From an uncultured Arenicella sp. (GTDB lineage Bacteria; Pseudomonadota; Gammaproteobacteria; Arenicellales; Arenicellaceae), in NCBI GenBank assembly GCA_938045295.1, contig CALINO010000034.1:5334-69333 (forward strand): 64,000 bases of DNA, given 5' to 3'. Shown piece by piece: positions 52,167-60,366 of the stretch. Each line of letters starts with the position of its first letter. The stretch's first letter is position 1. A program made the translations under genes and the position numbers. The notes under the pieces are model-generated. The model made no database searches, was not told the DNA's origin, and worked only from the letters and a program-made list of their open reading frames with translations.

Positions 52167-53573
52167 CTACTGAACACTTAATACAAAATCATCTATCTGC
52201 CCAGACGAAAACGTGGTGGCTTCAATAACATAACGACCCGCCGATAAATTAGTCTGAATAAGTGAATTCAAGCCAGAACCGCCATCATCATCAGATGCCA
52301 CTACTTGTGTGCGCGAAGAATTAAGTAAGTACAAATACGTATCGGTTGAAGAAGTAAGACTTATTGAAACAGAACGCGGAGCTGATAATTGAAAAGTATA
52401 AAAGCTAGCAAAACTGCCGGATCTATTGACTGAAGCACAAGTATTTATCCAACGTCCATTAATATTAGCATTAGGGTTAGAGCCAAGTGTCGTAGTACAT
52501 TCATCGTCACTACTTTTATTTCTATTTACTGGCACAATAACTGCTAAATCATCAAGAAATATAGCGACAGTTTTAGATTCTTCCGGCTCTGGTTGCGAAG
52601 CATTAGGGCCGTATATTGAGATCGCGGCGTTTATATCATCATTAGTAAGAACAGGTAACGATGGATTGTAAAACGGGTTCATAATGGCAAGGGCACCTTG
52701 CTCTTCGTGATTCAAACCAATTGAATGCCCGACTTCATGGGTAGCCACAATGCCAATATCAATACCACTAGTATCACAAGACCACGGTTCAGCCCTGTCA
52801 AAGTGCAAGTCACCTGCAATACTATTACCATTAGGCGGCGGAAAGAAAGCATGAGCAAGCACGGAACTGTTACCATCAAACGTATGCGCACCGATCCGTA
52901 TATCACCCACAGCGCCACTGGCATTACTTGGCACGCCATTATCATTCACTCGGCGAAATTGTATGTCTGCAACCGCAGACCACATTGCAAATGCACGAGT
53001 AATCTCAGTCTCAAAGCAACTTGAATATGTTGGCAATGACCTGAACGGAAGATTATTATCCGCCGCTGGCAAAAACTGCAGCTCTATATCATTGGAGACC
53101 CCTGCAGGAATGAAACTATAAGTAACAACACCGCCGGAACTTCGTGGGCCATTAGCATTTTGCCCCCCATTAAACGGCGAATTGGCACCCCATTTTGTGC
53201 CACGCAAATTAAACTCACCATTATCCAAACCCTTTGAGTCCGGGCTCATTCTAATGCCGCCATCATCGATATGGGTTGTTTGCGAAGCGCCAAGATCGCT
53301 CTTTTTATAAAGCTGATCGAAACATTTGCCATTCATATCAATATATCGACGTGCTATAGACTCCATATCTTTGGAGGTTTTCTGGCTAGCTGCAACACCT
53401 TCAGCGGTTTGTATGCTAACTAGCTTATCAAAATCAGCCTCGTAACGTTTCAATGCATCCAAATTACACTGACTTTTATCAGAGTTCGAGTTCTGTGCAA
53501 AAGCCATTGGGGCCATTAGCGTTAAATACCCACTGAAAACTAACGTTATTAATTTACTGTTATTTCGCCGCAT
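52167..53573 (-). CDS. Secreted matrixin-like (M10A) zinc metalloprotease with a C-terminal PPC-like domain
   Basis: Signal peptide ending AFA, FDGNSSVLAHAFFP, GDLHFD..E.W, zinc motif HEVGHSIGLNH, Met-turn IMNPFY, DD...IYG; C-terminal DTYLYLL...DDDGGSGLNS...GRYVIEAT. Confidence 0.88.
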   Translation of the reverse strand: MRRNNSKLITLVFSGYLTLMAPMAFAQNSNSDKSQCNLDALKRYEADFDKLVSIQTAEGVAASQKTSKDMESIARRYIDMNGKCFDQLYKKSDLGASQTTHIDDGGIRMSPDSKGLDNGEFNLRGTKWGANSPFNGGQNANGPRSSGGVVTYSFIPAGVSNDIELQFLPAADNNLPFRSLPTYSSCFETEITRAFAMWSAVADIQFRRVNDNGVPSNASGAVGDIRIGAHTFDGNSSVLAHAFFPPPNGNSIAGDLHFDRAEPWSCDTSGIDIGIVATHEVGHSIGLNHEEQGALAIMNPFYNPSLPVLTNDDINAAISIYGPNASQPEPEESKTVAIFLDDLAVIVPVNRNKSSDDECTTTLGSNPNANINGRWINTCASVNRSGSFASFYTFQLSAPRSVSISLTSSTDTYLYLLNSSRTQVVASDDDGGSGLNSLIQTNLSAGRYVIEATTFSSGQIDDFVLSVQ

Positions 53574-53701
53574 TCATTGTCTCCAAGGTCAAATAATGAC
53601 TGAATATTCCGCTCACAATAGGGCTGCAATAAAACATCAATGAAGAAGTCAGTCAACAAAAAAGTGACACTTTCAGCATAACTTCTATGTGCAAATTACA
53701 T

Positions 53702-54127
53702 TCACAGTCTAATTATTCGATTTGAAGTATTTGCATCATCAACTTCGATACGAATGTCTAGGTTTGCGGCTGGAATAAACCCATGCCCCTTTTGTGGCCA
53801 TTCGATCAAAAACAAGGAGCGTTCAGACCACAGATCTTCCAAGCCTAGAAACTCTATTTCGCTGGGGTCATCAAGACGGTATAAGTCCATGTGATATACG
53901 ACACCCTTGGCGGTATCGTACTCTTGAATTAAGTTATACGTGGGGCTGGTCACGGCGCCAGAATACCCCAACCCCAGAAGAATCGACTTAGTTAAAGTTG
54001 TCTTACCTGCCCCCATGTCACCATGTAAGTACACGCAAGCGGGAAAATTCAAAAGGCTGGCTATTGTTTGGCCGGCTTGCTCAGTTTCGAGCAAGCTTTC
54101 GACAATAAATTCGTGTTTCATAATCAT
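53702..54127 (-). CDS. tsaE: tRNA threonylcarbamoyladenosine biosynthesis ATPase
   Basis: LHGDMGAGKTT, VTSPTYNL, YHMDLYRL, LIEWP. Confidence 0.96.
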   Translation of the reverse strand: MIMKHEFIVESLLETEQAGQTIASLLNFPACVYLHGDMGAGKTTLTKSILLGLGYSGAVTSPTYNLIQEYDTAKGVVYHMDLYRLDDPSEIEFLGLEDLWSERSLFLIEWPQKGHGFIPAANLDIRIEVDDANTSNRIIRL

Positions 54128-54150
54128 GAAATAAGCAAATATGCGATATC

Positions 54151-55257
54151 ATGCGCATTATGACAGCTAGCCCCACAAAAACCCAACAACAACTGAGCTC
54201 TGTTGAGCTATCCGCACTTGCGCAAGACATTAAGCGGTGGGCTTTAGAGATGGGTTTTGATGATGTTGGCATTACCGACACTGAGTTGTCTGAGCACGAA
54301 GCCAGGCTAAACTCTTGGGTTGCTAAGGGCATGCACGGCGAAATGGACTACATGCACAAACATGGCACCAAGCGCACACGCCCTGAAGAACTGGTCGAAG
54401 GCACCAAACGCATTATCTCAGTACGCATGGATTACGCACCTAAAGACGTAAAACAAGCGCAAGAGATATTGGAGCATTCCTCGGTCGGCTACATTTCACG
54501 CTACGCTCTCGGTCGTGATTACCACAAAGTGCTGCGTAATCGCTTAAAGCATTTGGCTAAAAAAATTGGCGACCATGTGGGTGATTTCGGTTACCGAGTA
54601 TTTACTGACAGCGCCCCCGTACTAGAGAAGGCCTTAGCTGAAAAATCAGGGCTAGGCTGGATTGGCAAACACAGCAACTTGCTTCACTCGAAAACCGGTT
54701 CGTGGTTTTTCTTAGGCGAACTGTACGTCGATATTGCCCTACCCATCGACCAGCCTGCCACCAATCACTGCGGCACTTGCACCAACTGTATTGACCTATG
54801 CCCAACTCAAGCCATTGTTGGGCCCTATCAAGTAGACGCACGACGCTGCATTTCTTATTTAACCATTGAGTTACGTGGCTCAATACCCGAAGAGTTTCGT
54901 CCTCTGATTGGCAATCGTATCTACGGGTGCGACGATTGCCAAATAGTCTGCCCTTGGAACAAATTTGCACAAACAACCAAAGAAGACGACTTCACGCCGA
55001 GAACTCATTTAAAAGATCGAGACTTGATAGAGTTATTTCACTGGGACGAAGCCACTTTTTTAAAAAATACCGAAGGCAGTGCTATTCGCCGCATTGGTTA
55101 TCAGGCTTGGGTGCGTAATATTGCTGTTAGCTTAGGAAACTTACCTCCTTGCAGCACCGTAATTAGCGAATTAGAGCAGAAAAAGCAACAGAGCAACATC
55201 AGCGACATGGCGCTGGAACACATAGACTGGGCAATTGAACAGCATCGCCGCCATTAG
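54151..55257 (+). CDS. queG: Epoxyqueuosine reductase
   Basis: SRYALGRDYHK, DSAPVLE, GSWFFLGE, CGTCTNCIDLCPT, CISYLTIE, GCDDCQIVCPWN. Confidence 0.97.
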   Translation: MRIMTASPTKTQQQLSSVELSALAQDIKRWALEMGFDDVGITDTELSEHEARLNSWVAKGMHGEMDYMHKHGTKRTRPEELVEGTKRIISVRMDYAPKDVKQAQEILEHSSVGYISRYALGRDYHKVLRNRLKHLAKKIGDHVGDFGYRVFTDSAPVLEKALAEKSGLGWIGKHSNLLHSKTGSWFFLGELYVDIALPIDQPATNHCGTCTNCIDLCPTQAIVGPYQVDARRCISYLTIELRGSIPEEFRPLIGNRIYGCDDCQIVCPWNKFAQTTKEDDFTPRTHLKDRDLIELFHWDEATFLKNTEGSAIRRIGYQAWVRNIAVSLGNLPPCSTVISELEQKKQQSNISDMALEHIDWAIEQHRRH

Positions 55258-55266
55258 CGCCGCGCC

Positions 55267-55866
55267 CTACTTTAACTTACAAACAACCGTTTGAGTCACC
55301 TGAGCCAAATTAGTCACACGGTGGTCAATGATATCGAAATGTTGTGCAATGTAATGCCGAAATTCGTTGAATGTCCACTCCCTGACGTGCGCTTTATTTT
55401 TCGGCGGGCCATAGTAGTTTTTGTGCCAACGCTTGTGCATTAAGGCTCTGTCTGGTGTCGATAAAATCAGATATTTAAAGTTAATCTGTTTAATGTAATC
55501 CAATAGTTCATCTGGGTTAACTAAATGCTCAATAACGTCTGAACAAACCACCACATCGGTGCTGATGCCTGGCTTTTTTGAAAAATCAGACACTTGCCAT
55601 TCATGCTCAGGGTACTTTTCTTTCAAAATAGCCACATTCACTGGCAACTCTAAGCCCAATGTATTGTAGCCATCGAAGTACGTCATGAGTTTGTATGCCG
55701 AACCACAGCCTATATCCACAATGGATTGCAGCTTATGCTTTTTCATTAAGCCTAAGGCGTGTAAATACACCTCTAGCTGCCACTGATCTTCCAAGTCTGA
55801 ATCATCATAATGATGATACTCAGTTCTCGCCTGATACAGGCGATTAATACAATAATTGTCAGTCAT
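55267..55866 (-). CDS. Class I SAM-dependent methyltransferase, substrate unknown
   Basis: IVDIGCGS (motif I), VCSDVIEHL, LSTPDR, HVREWT. Confidence 0.8.
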   Translation of the reverse strand: MTDNYCINRLYQARTEYHHYDDSDLEDQWQLEVYLHALGLMKKHKLQSIVDIGCGSAYKLMTYFDGYNTLGLELPVNVAILKEKYPEHEWQVSDFSKKPGISTDVVVCSDVIEHLVNPDELLDYIKQINFKYLILSTPDRALMHKRWHKNYYGPPKNKAHVREWTFNEFRHYIAQHFDIIDHRVTNLAQVTQTVVCKLK

Positions 55867-56074
55867 GATAATTTTATTCTGGGGGGAATAATTACACCGC
55901 CGACCATAAACATTGCGATGCGTCGAACAATCACCAACTAAGTGCTAGCAATTGCAAAAACAAAAAATCATTTCGTCTTGTAACTCTTAGTTTACCTAAC
56001 TTAAACGTCAAATAGTGAAAAGTTTCCTTTAATTTTATACGCTTACGCGCATTAGCACCAAAATTTGCAACAGA

Positions 56075-57874
56075 CTATGTGCCAATAAACTGTTCTGCAC
56101 ATAAGTTAAAACAAGTATCATCAAGCGTTGCCACCAAATTAAACTGACCGATCGCTTTAGGCAGTTCATGCCGGTAAAAAAACTGACACGCGGCCAGTTT
56201 GCCTTGATAAAAGTCTTCATCAGCCTCAACACTAGCCGCTAAACCTTTACTGGCGGCAACCGCTTGTTTTAACCACATCCAAGCAATAACCACGTGCCCC
56301 ATCGCATCTAAAAACACCGTTGCGTTTGCCAATGCCAGCGCCGGGTCTTCGGCCTTGCTTACCGCATCCAGTGTTTCTTGCACTGTTTCTAATGCGCCGC
56401 CCAAATCGTGGCAATAACCCACCAATTCAGGAACTGCAGAAGCTTCATCAATGGTGCTAGTGATTTCAGCGGTCAATACTTTTAATGCTGCGCCATTAGC
56501 CATTGTCACTTTGCGCCCCATAATGTCTAAGCCGTGAATCGCGTGCGTACCCTCATGAATATGGTTTAAGCGGTTATCACGATACAGCCGCTCAACCGGG
56601 TATTCACGCGTATAACCATAACCGCCAAGAACCTGAATCGCATGTTTGTTTGCTTCTAAGCAAAATTCCGATGGCCAAGACTTGCAGATAGGCGTTAACA
56701 ACTCCAACAATAAATTAAGGCGTTGCTTCTCCTGCTGACTGTCTGAGATCTTAATTAAATCCAACAATTTGGCTGAAAAGTAGAGCAAAGAAAGTGCGCC
56801 TTCCACGTACGCTTTCTGCGTCATTAATAGTCGCTTAATATCGGCATGCTCAGAAATCATCACCATCGGCGACTCTGGGTCTTTATTCGACAAATGCCGC
56901 CCCTGTGGGCGATTTCGAGCGTAATCGAGTGAATACAAATAGCCACCTAAACCAATCACTGTGGCCGCCATTCCCACACCAATACGGGCTTCATTCATCA
57001 TGTGAAACATATTCGCTAGCCCCTGGTTCTGTTCACCGACCAAGTAGCCAACAGTGTCACCTTCTTCACCAAAGTTAAGCAGGCAATTGGTGGTGCCCCT
57101 GTGCCCCATTTTGTGATTAAGCCCAGCCAGCGCCACGTTATTAGATTCACCGAGACTGCCGTCGTCGTTCACTCGATGTTTAGGCACCAAAAATAATGAT
57201 ATACCCTTCACCCCTGCTGGCGACCCCGGAATTTTGGCCAGCACCATATGAACAATATTCTCGGTTAACTCATGATCACCGCCGGATATCCACATTTTGG
57301 TGCCGGTAATTTTATAGCGCCCATCAGCAAGCTCTTCGGCCTTAGTGCGTATGTCTCCCAACGAGGAGCCGGCTTGCGGCTCAGACAAACACATGGTTCC
57401 AAACCATTCACCATCACGCATTTTCGGCAAAAACGTCTGTTTCAGTGCCTGCGAACCACACGCATTCAGCATATTTGCCGCGCCTTGAGTAAGAAAAACG
57501 TAGTTTGATACCGAGGTATTGGCGCACACAAACATTGCATTCAAGGCTTGATGGGCCATCCAAGGCAACTGCATACCACCAATATCCGCATCATAAGCAG
57601 TGGTAAATAAACCGGCCTCTTTATAAGCATCAAGTGCGTCACGCACCTCAGGAATCATCTCAACTTTGCCATCTACATATTCTGGCTCATTTGCATCCAA
57701 TTTGGCGGCAAACGGTTGAAATACATCTTCAGCAATTGATTGAGAAAGGTCAAAAATGGCACCAATAGCATCCCGGTCATAGTCTGCAAAACGCGGGGCT
57801 TGTAATAACTCATCAAGCCCTAAGGTTTCGTACAATAAAAAATCAAGATCCCTGCGATTAACAATGATAGACAT
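56075..57874 (-). CDS. Acyl-CoA dehydrogenase
   Basis: GTMCLSEPQAGS, GTKMWISGG, KMGHRGT, MFHMMNEARIGVG, QVLGGYGY, IHEGT. Confidence 0.93.
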   Translation of the reverse strand: MSIIVNRRDLDFLLYETLGLDELLQAPRFADYDRDAIGAIFDLSQSIAEDVFQPFAAKLDANEPEYVDGKVEMIPEVRDALDAYKEAGLFTTAYDADIGGMQLPWMAHQALNAMFVCANTSVSNYVFLTQGAANMLNACGSQALKQTFLPKMRDGEWFGTMCLSEPQAGSSLGDIRTKAEELADGRYKITGTKMWISGGDHELTENIVHMVLAKIPGSPAGVKGISLFLVPKHRVNDDGSLGESNNVALAGLNHKMGHRGTTNCLLNFGEEGDTVGYLVGEQNQGLANMFHMMNEARIGVGMAATVIGLGGYLYSLDYARNRPQGRHLSNKDPESPMVMISEHADIKRLLMTQKAYVEGALSLLYFSAKLLDLIKISDSQQEKQRLNLLLELLTPICKSWPSEFCLEANKHAIQVLGGYGYTREYPVERLYRDNRLNHIHEGTHAIHGLDIMGRKVTMANGAALKVLTAEITSTIDEASAVPELVGYCHDLGGALETVQETLDAVSKAEDPALALANATVFLDAMGHVVIAWMWLKQAVAASKGLAASVEADEDFYQGKLAACQFFYRHELPKAIGQFNLVATLDDTCFNLCAEQFIGT

Positions 57875-58001
57875 AATAGCGCCGTGTAAAATTTGAACTT
57901 AATTTAAGTGTACCGCAGCTAAAGAAACGAAATTAGCCTTCACTTTTGAAGATTTTTCACAACCACTTGTGAACCCAGCTCAAATAAAACGCTGGGCAAA
58001 T

Positions 58002-58030
58002 AAAAAGGGCTTGTCAAACAAGCCCTTTTT
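58002..58030 (-). terminator. Terminator after ssb
   Basis: AAAAAGGGCTTGT-caa-ACAAGCCCTTTTT. Confidence 0.85.
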
Positions 58031-58081
58031 AAATTAACCACTGTGCTTATAAACACTTAGGTTCAAATTTTAATGTAATTC

Positions 58082-58582
58082 TTAAAACGGTATGTCGTCA
58101 TCAAAGTCGTTTGCCGGTTGCGGTGCGCTTTGAGGCTTTTGACCACCACCCTGTTGGCCACCGCCTTGTTGACCGCCGCCGTATTGGTTTTGCTGCGGGG
58201 CTTGCTGTTGAAAGCCTCCGCCACCACCGCCTTGGCCCATGCCGCCACCGCGCGAATCAAGCATTTGCATTTGGTCAGCCACAATTTCGGTGGTGTAACG
58301 ATCTTGACCTTGTTGATCTTGCCATTTGCGAGTTTGCAGTTTGCCTTCAATATAAACTTTTGAGCCTTTCTTTAAATACTCACCGGCAATTTCACCCAAA
58401 CGGTTGAACATAACAATGCGGTGCCATTCGGTACGTTCTTGTTTTTCGCCCGTGTTTTTGTCTTTCCATGTATCAGATGTGGCAACGCTGATATTGGCGA
58501 TTGCAGCGCCATTATTTGAATAACGCACCTCGGGGTCGTTACCCAAATTACCAACGATAATTACTTTATTGACACCTGCCAT
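58082..58582 (-). CDS. ssb: Single-stranded DNA-binding protein
   Basis: [32 protein letters not shown], Gly/Gln linker, DDDIPF tail. Confidence 0.98.
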   Translation of the reverse strand: MAGVNKVIIVGNLGNDPEVRYSNNGAAIANISVATSDTWKDKNTGEKQERTEWHRIVMFNRLGEIAGEYLKKGSKVYIEGKLQTRKWQDQQGQDRYTTEIVADQMQMLDSRGGGMGQGGGGGGFQQQAPQQNQYGGGQQGGGQQGGGQKPQSAPQPANDFDDDIPF

Positions 58583-58687
58583 TATTTACTCCGATTCTTG
58601 TAATTGTGCTTAAACGCTTACATGGTTGAACGCTTAATAGTGTTAGCGCATTAATGTAAGCGATATTTAATTTAATATTGGCTAATT

Positions 58688-60046
58688 CTAGCTTGCTGTG
58701 ATGATTTGGTCGAGAGCCGCTTGATCAAGTTTGTCTTTATCCACTTTCAAATACGCAACTGGCTCATTTTCTATAACAATAGCTTCTTCAATTCCGGCAA
58801 TGGATTCCAGTGCTTGTTTACAGTCTTGATGCTGGCTTGGCTTTATGCGCACCACCATGCTGTCTAATAACCTCATGTTCGGAGCTTTAAACAGAATAAA
58901 TGCCCAAACCAATAACAACACGGCACATAAAACAAACACCGCATTTACGCCATACTGGCCGTATAACAGACCGCCCAATAAACCACCGAAAAAGATGCCG
59001 GTGAATTGAAAGGTATTATAAACCCCCATGGCAGAACCTTTGCAAGCAGCGGGGGCCAGCCTTGACACCAACGACGGCAACATGGCCTCAAGCACATTAA
59101 AGCCCCAAAAGAAAACAAACAGGCACGCCATAATGCCCATCACGCTCATAGGGCGAAACAGAAAACACAGCTGAGCTAACACCAGCAAACACACGGCAAT
59201 AAGAAATATGCTAGAGACACGCTCTTTTTTGCTTGCCAATATCACCATGGGTACCATAAACAATACCGATGCCAACAAGGCTGGCAGATACACCGACCAA
59301 TGTTGATTAGTATCGAGTTGCAGCTCTTGCAATAAAACAATAGGCACCACCACAAACATGGCGGTTAACACGAAATGCAAGATAAAAATGCCCACATCAA
59401 GGCGAATCAATTGCGGATTGCGCAACAGCTGCCACATTTGGCTGGGGATTGGCTTAACGTCTAAATTGAGTGTTTGCACAGGGGTTGGCACTACTTTAAT
59501 AATGACCGCAATTGAAAGTGCTGCCAGTATCGCTGTCATGAAAAACAAACCCGGCACGCCAATAAAAAACTCCAACCACGGCGCCGCTAATAAGGCCAAC
59601 ATAAAGGAAAAACCAATCGTCATGCCAATCATGGCCATGGCTTTGGTTCGTTGATTTTCACGCGTTAAATCGCTGGTTAGCGCCAACACAACCGCCGCAA
59701 TGGCTCCGGCACCCTGTAAAGCACGGCCAACAACAACGCCCCAAATTGTGGTGGATAATGCCGCCACTACGCTGCCTGCAATAAAAATAAGCAGGCCAAT
59801 CACAATGATAGGCTTACGACCAAAGCGGTCAGACAATAAACCAAATGGAATTTGAAATACCGCTTGAAAAATACCGTATACGCCTAATGCCAGCCCCATT
59901 AATACCGGGGTAGCGCCATCAAGCTGTTCGGCGTAAATGGCCAGCACAGGTAAAATCAAAAACAAACCAAACATTCGCAAGCCATACACCGAAGCCAATG
60001 CGAAAATTGAGCGTTTTTCAATGGGGGTTAATTGATTTGAATTCAC
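58688..60046 (-). CDS. MFS transporter (YajR-like)
   Basis: LRMFGLFLILPV, SDRFGRKP, GRALQGAGAI, EAMLPSLVSR; usual position between uvrA and ssb. Confidence 0.9.
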   Translation of the reverse strand: MNSNQLTPIEKRSIFALASVYGLRMFGLFLILPVLAIYAEQLDGATPVLMGLALGVYGIFQAVFQIPFGLLSDRFGRKPIIVIGLLIFIAGSVVAALSTTIWGVVVGRALQGAGAIAAVVLALTSDLTRENQRTKAMAMIGMTIGFSFMLALLAAPWLEFFIGVPGLFFMTAILAALSIAVIIKVVPTPVQTLNLDVKPIPSQMWQLLRNPQLIRLDVGIFILHFVLTAMFVVVPIVLLQELQLDTNQHWSVYLPALLASVLFMVPMVILASKKERVSSIFLIAVCLLVLAQLCFLFRPMSVMGIMACLFVFFWGFNVLEAMLPSLVSRLAPAACKGSAMGVYNTFQFTGIFFGGLLGGLLYGQYGVNAVFVLCAVLLLVWAFILFKAPNMRLLDSMVVRIKPSQHQDCKQALESIAGIEEAIVIENEPVAYLKVDKDKLDQAALDQIITAS

Positions 60047-60366
60047 TTATTTTTATTATCCAAGATATGAACGGCGCTTTTGATTTTAAGGTTTTATGTA
60101 ACTAACCGCATTAATCGAACATTAGGGCGCAAAGCATGTATTTTCACGGTTATGCCAACACCACAGAAAAGCACTCGCAGGCGTCAAAATACACTCAGCG
60201 TGATGATTTTAAGAATGGATCGAAAAACGGGCTGAAAAAAAAGTACCGATTTAGCCTCTGGGGACGTATATTAACAGGTTGTTCGTTCGGCTCAATGTAC
60301 AATTGCAACAACAATTGCCCACGGGCCAATCAAGTAAGTTAACAAACTCATAAAACGTAGTCTATT

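Noticed and set aside
53574-54150. tRNA genes near queG/orn as in E. coli, and a mobile element around the protease
   Set aside because: The spacers show no cloverleaf or T-loop signature, and no integrase, transposase, terminal inverted repeat or target duplication was found.
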